DNA from: Sphingobacterium cavernae
Lineage (GTDB): Bacteria > Bacteroidota > Bacteroidia > Sphingobacteriales > Sphingobacteriaceae
Assembly: GCF_008520265.1 (NCBI RefSeq)
Contig: NZ_VIQM01000026.1
Coordinates: 7,902 to 31,901 of the forward strand
DNA length: 24,000 nt
Direction: 5' to 3'
In this document: piece by piece, positions 22,885-24,000 of the stretch
Position numbering within the stretch: position 1 is the first letter of the stretch
Layout of the letters: each line of letters starts with the position of its first letter
Program-made: the position numbers and the translations under genes
Notes under the pieces: generated by a model
The model's input: only the letters and a program-made list of their open reading frames with translations
Databases searched by the model: none
Told to the model about the DNA's origin: nothing

Positions 22885-23520
22885 ATGAATAGAAGAGATT
22901 CATTAAAAGCCTTAGGACTAATTGCAGCTGGATCAGCTGCAGTTTTGTCAACAAATTCATGTGATAATAAACCCGCAAAATCAACGGCAGCAGCAGGTCA
23001 AGGAGATAAGTTACCAGGTGTCCAAGATTTTGAACATGAACGTACGCAAAAATTACTTGAAGAAGTTTATTTTGACGAACATGAAATGGCAACAATTGCA
23101 GTACTGGCGGATATTATCATTCCAAAAGATGATAACTCACCATCGGCTACAGAGGTTGGCGTTCCAGATTTCATTGAGTTTATCGTTAAAGATATTCCTT
23201 CCTACAAATTACCAATGCGAGGCGGCTTGAAATGGTTAGATATACATGCACAAAAAAGATTCAAGAATGTTTTTGTAAAATGTACGAGTGAAGAACAAAT
23301 TGCAATTGTAGAAGAAATCGCATTCCCTAAGAAAGCAAAACCTGAGGTTTCTCAAGGCGTAAGCTTTTTTAATACTATGCGAGATTTAACTTCTTCGGGA
23401 TACTATACGACGAAAGAAGGCATTGCAGAAATTGGATATGTAGGCAATAGACCTGGTGTATGGACTGGCGTTCCTGACGAAGTATGGAAAGCCCACGGCT
23501 TTGCTTCTAACGAAGGCTAG
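22885..23520 (+). CDS. Gluconate 2-dehydrogenase subunit 3 family protein (Tat-signal small subunit)
   Basis: This is a 211-aa ORF with a twin-arginine signal, MNRRDSLKALGLIAAGSAA. It starts 4 nt after the GMC gene. Confidence 0.8.
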   Translation: MNRRDSLKALGLIAAGSAAVLSTNSCDNKPAKSTAAAGQGDKLPGVQDFEHERTQKLLEEVYFDEHEMATIAVLADIIIPKDDNSPSATEVGVPDFIEFIVKDIPSYKLPMRGGLKWLDIHAQKRFKNVFVKCTSEEQIAIVEEIAFPKKAKPEVSQGVSFFNTMRDLTSSGYYTTKEGIAEIGYVGNRPGVWTGVPDEVWKAHGFASNEG

Positions 23521-23540
23521 TTTGTAATATCCAAGACACA

Positions 23541-23574
23541 AAAGCCAATAGGACGAACTCCTATTGGCTTTTCT
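23541..23574 (+). terminator. Intrinsic terminator after the dehydrogenase operon
   Basis: GCCAATAGGA (23544-23553) pairs with TCCTATTGGC (23559-23568) around a 5-nt loop, followed by TTTT. Confidence 0.75.
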
Positions 23575-23611
23575 ATTTGACTATTTTGTATTTTTGTAAA
23601 AAAGGGATAAT

Positions 23612-24000
23612 ATGCTTGGTTTAAAATTATTGACAGACCCGAGATGGGCTAATATCGCAGAATCTAATTTGGAGGAAATTCTTTCGGATCACGCGTGGTG
23701 TGAACAAAAAGCGGCGTCTAATGCTATTATGCTGATAACACAAAATCCAGAATACGAAGATTTGGTTCATGAATTGACGGCTATTGCTATCGAAGAAATG
23801 GAACATTTCAAAATGGTAATCGAAATTATCAAAGAAAGAGGATACACTTTAGCGCGCGAACGCAAGGACGATTATGTGGGTCAGTTAATGAAATTTAATA
23901 AGAAAGATGGTTCACGCAATCAAGCATTTATCGATAGATTACTTTTCGCTGCGATGATCGAAGCGCGTAGTTGCGAACGATTCCGTGTATTATCTCAAAA
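23612..24000 (+). CDS. miaE: tRNA-(ms2io6A37)-hydroxylase MiaE, 5' part (runs off the right edge)
   Basis: Absent from the track because there is no stop in the window. The ATG at 23612 gives MLGLKLLTDPRWANIAE...DHAWCEQKAASNA...EEMEHF...MIEARSCERF. The two ExxH-type di-iron ligand blocks are typical of MiaE. Confidence 0.85.
   Translation, partial: MLGLKLLTDPRWANIAESNLEEILSDHAWCEQKAASNAIMLITQNPEYEDLVHELTAIAIEEMEHFKMVIEIIKERGYTLARERKDDYVGQLMKFNKKDGSRNQAFIDRLLFAAMIEARSCERFRVLSQ

Noticed and set aside
1-24000. CRISPR arrays, rRNA genes and prophage structural genes
   Set aside because: I saw no regularly spaced direct repeats, no rRNA-like conserved segments, and no capsid-, tail- or terminase-like ORFs anywhere in the window.

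Overview
The window looks like a Bacteroidota chromosomal segment. Supporting signs are a GLPGLI-family gene, a CarboxypepD_reg/TonB-plug outer-membrane protein, TAnnTTTG-type promoter boxes and AT-rich coding. The backbone genes are purD, tRNA-Glu(UUC), a dienelactone hydrolase, miaA, a Gfo/Idh/MocA oxidoreductase, def, a sugar-phosphate isomerase-like TIM-barrel protein, a glycosyltransferase, a two-subunit GMC flavoprotein dehydrogenase and the 5' part of miaE.

Two accessory insertions stand out.

(1) A ~5.85 kb islet (2042-7893) sits at the 3' end of tRNA-Glu. A perfect 17-bp direct repeat of the tRNA 3' end bounds it, and it has no integrase. It carries three things: a decayed helicase/restriction-R-subunit-like remnant, an AbiEi/AbiEii type IV toxin-antitoxin (abortive infection) pair, and a divergently transcribed 988-aa protein. 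That protein fuses an archaeo-eukaryotic primase (PrimPol-like) domain, an SF2 DEAH helicase core and a ~290-aa C-terminal region in which I recognise no motif. This fusion protein, with the palindrome-bearing intergenic region it shares with abiE, is my best candidate for an uncharacterised defence/conflict system.

(2) An IS200/IS605-family element (~13140-14925) has divergent tnpA and tnpB, matched end hairpins and a predicted omega-RNA. It abuts a decayed GLPGLI paralogue.

I saw no CRISPR array and no rRNA. All family assignments come from motif recognition by eye, with no searches run.
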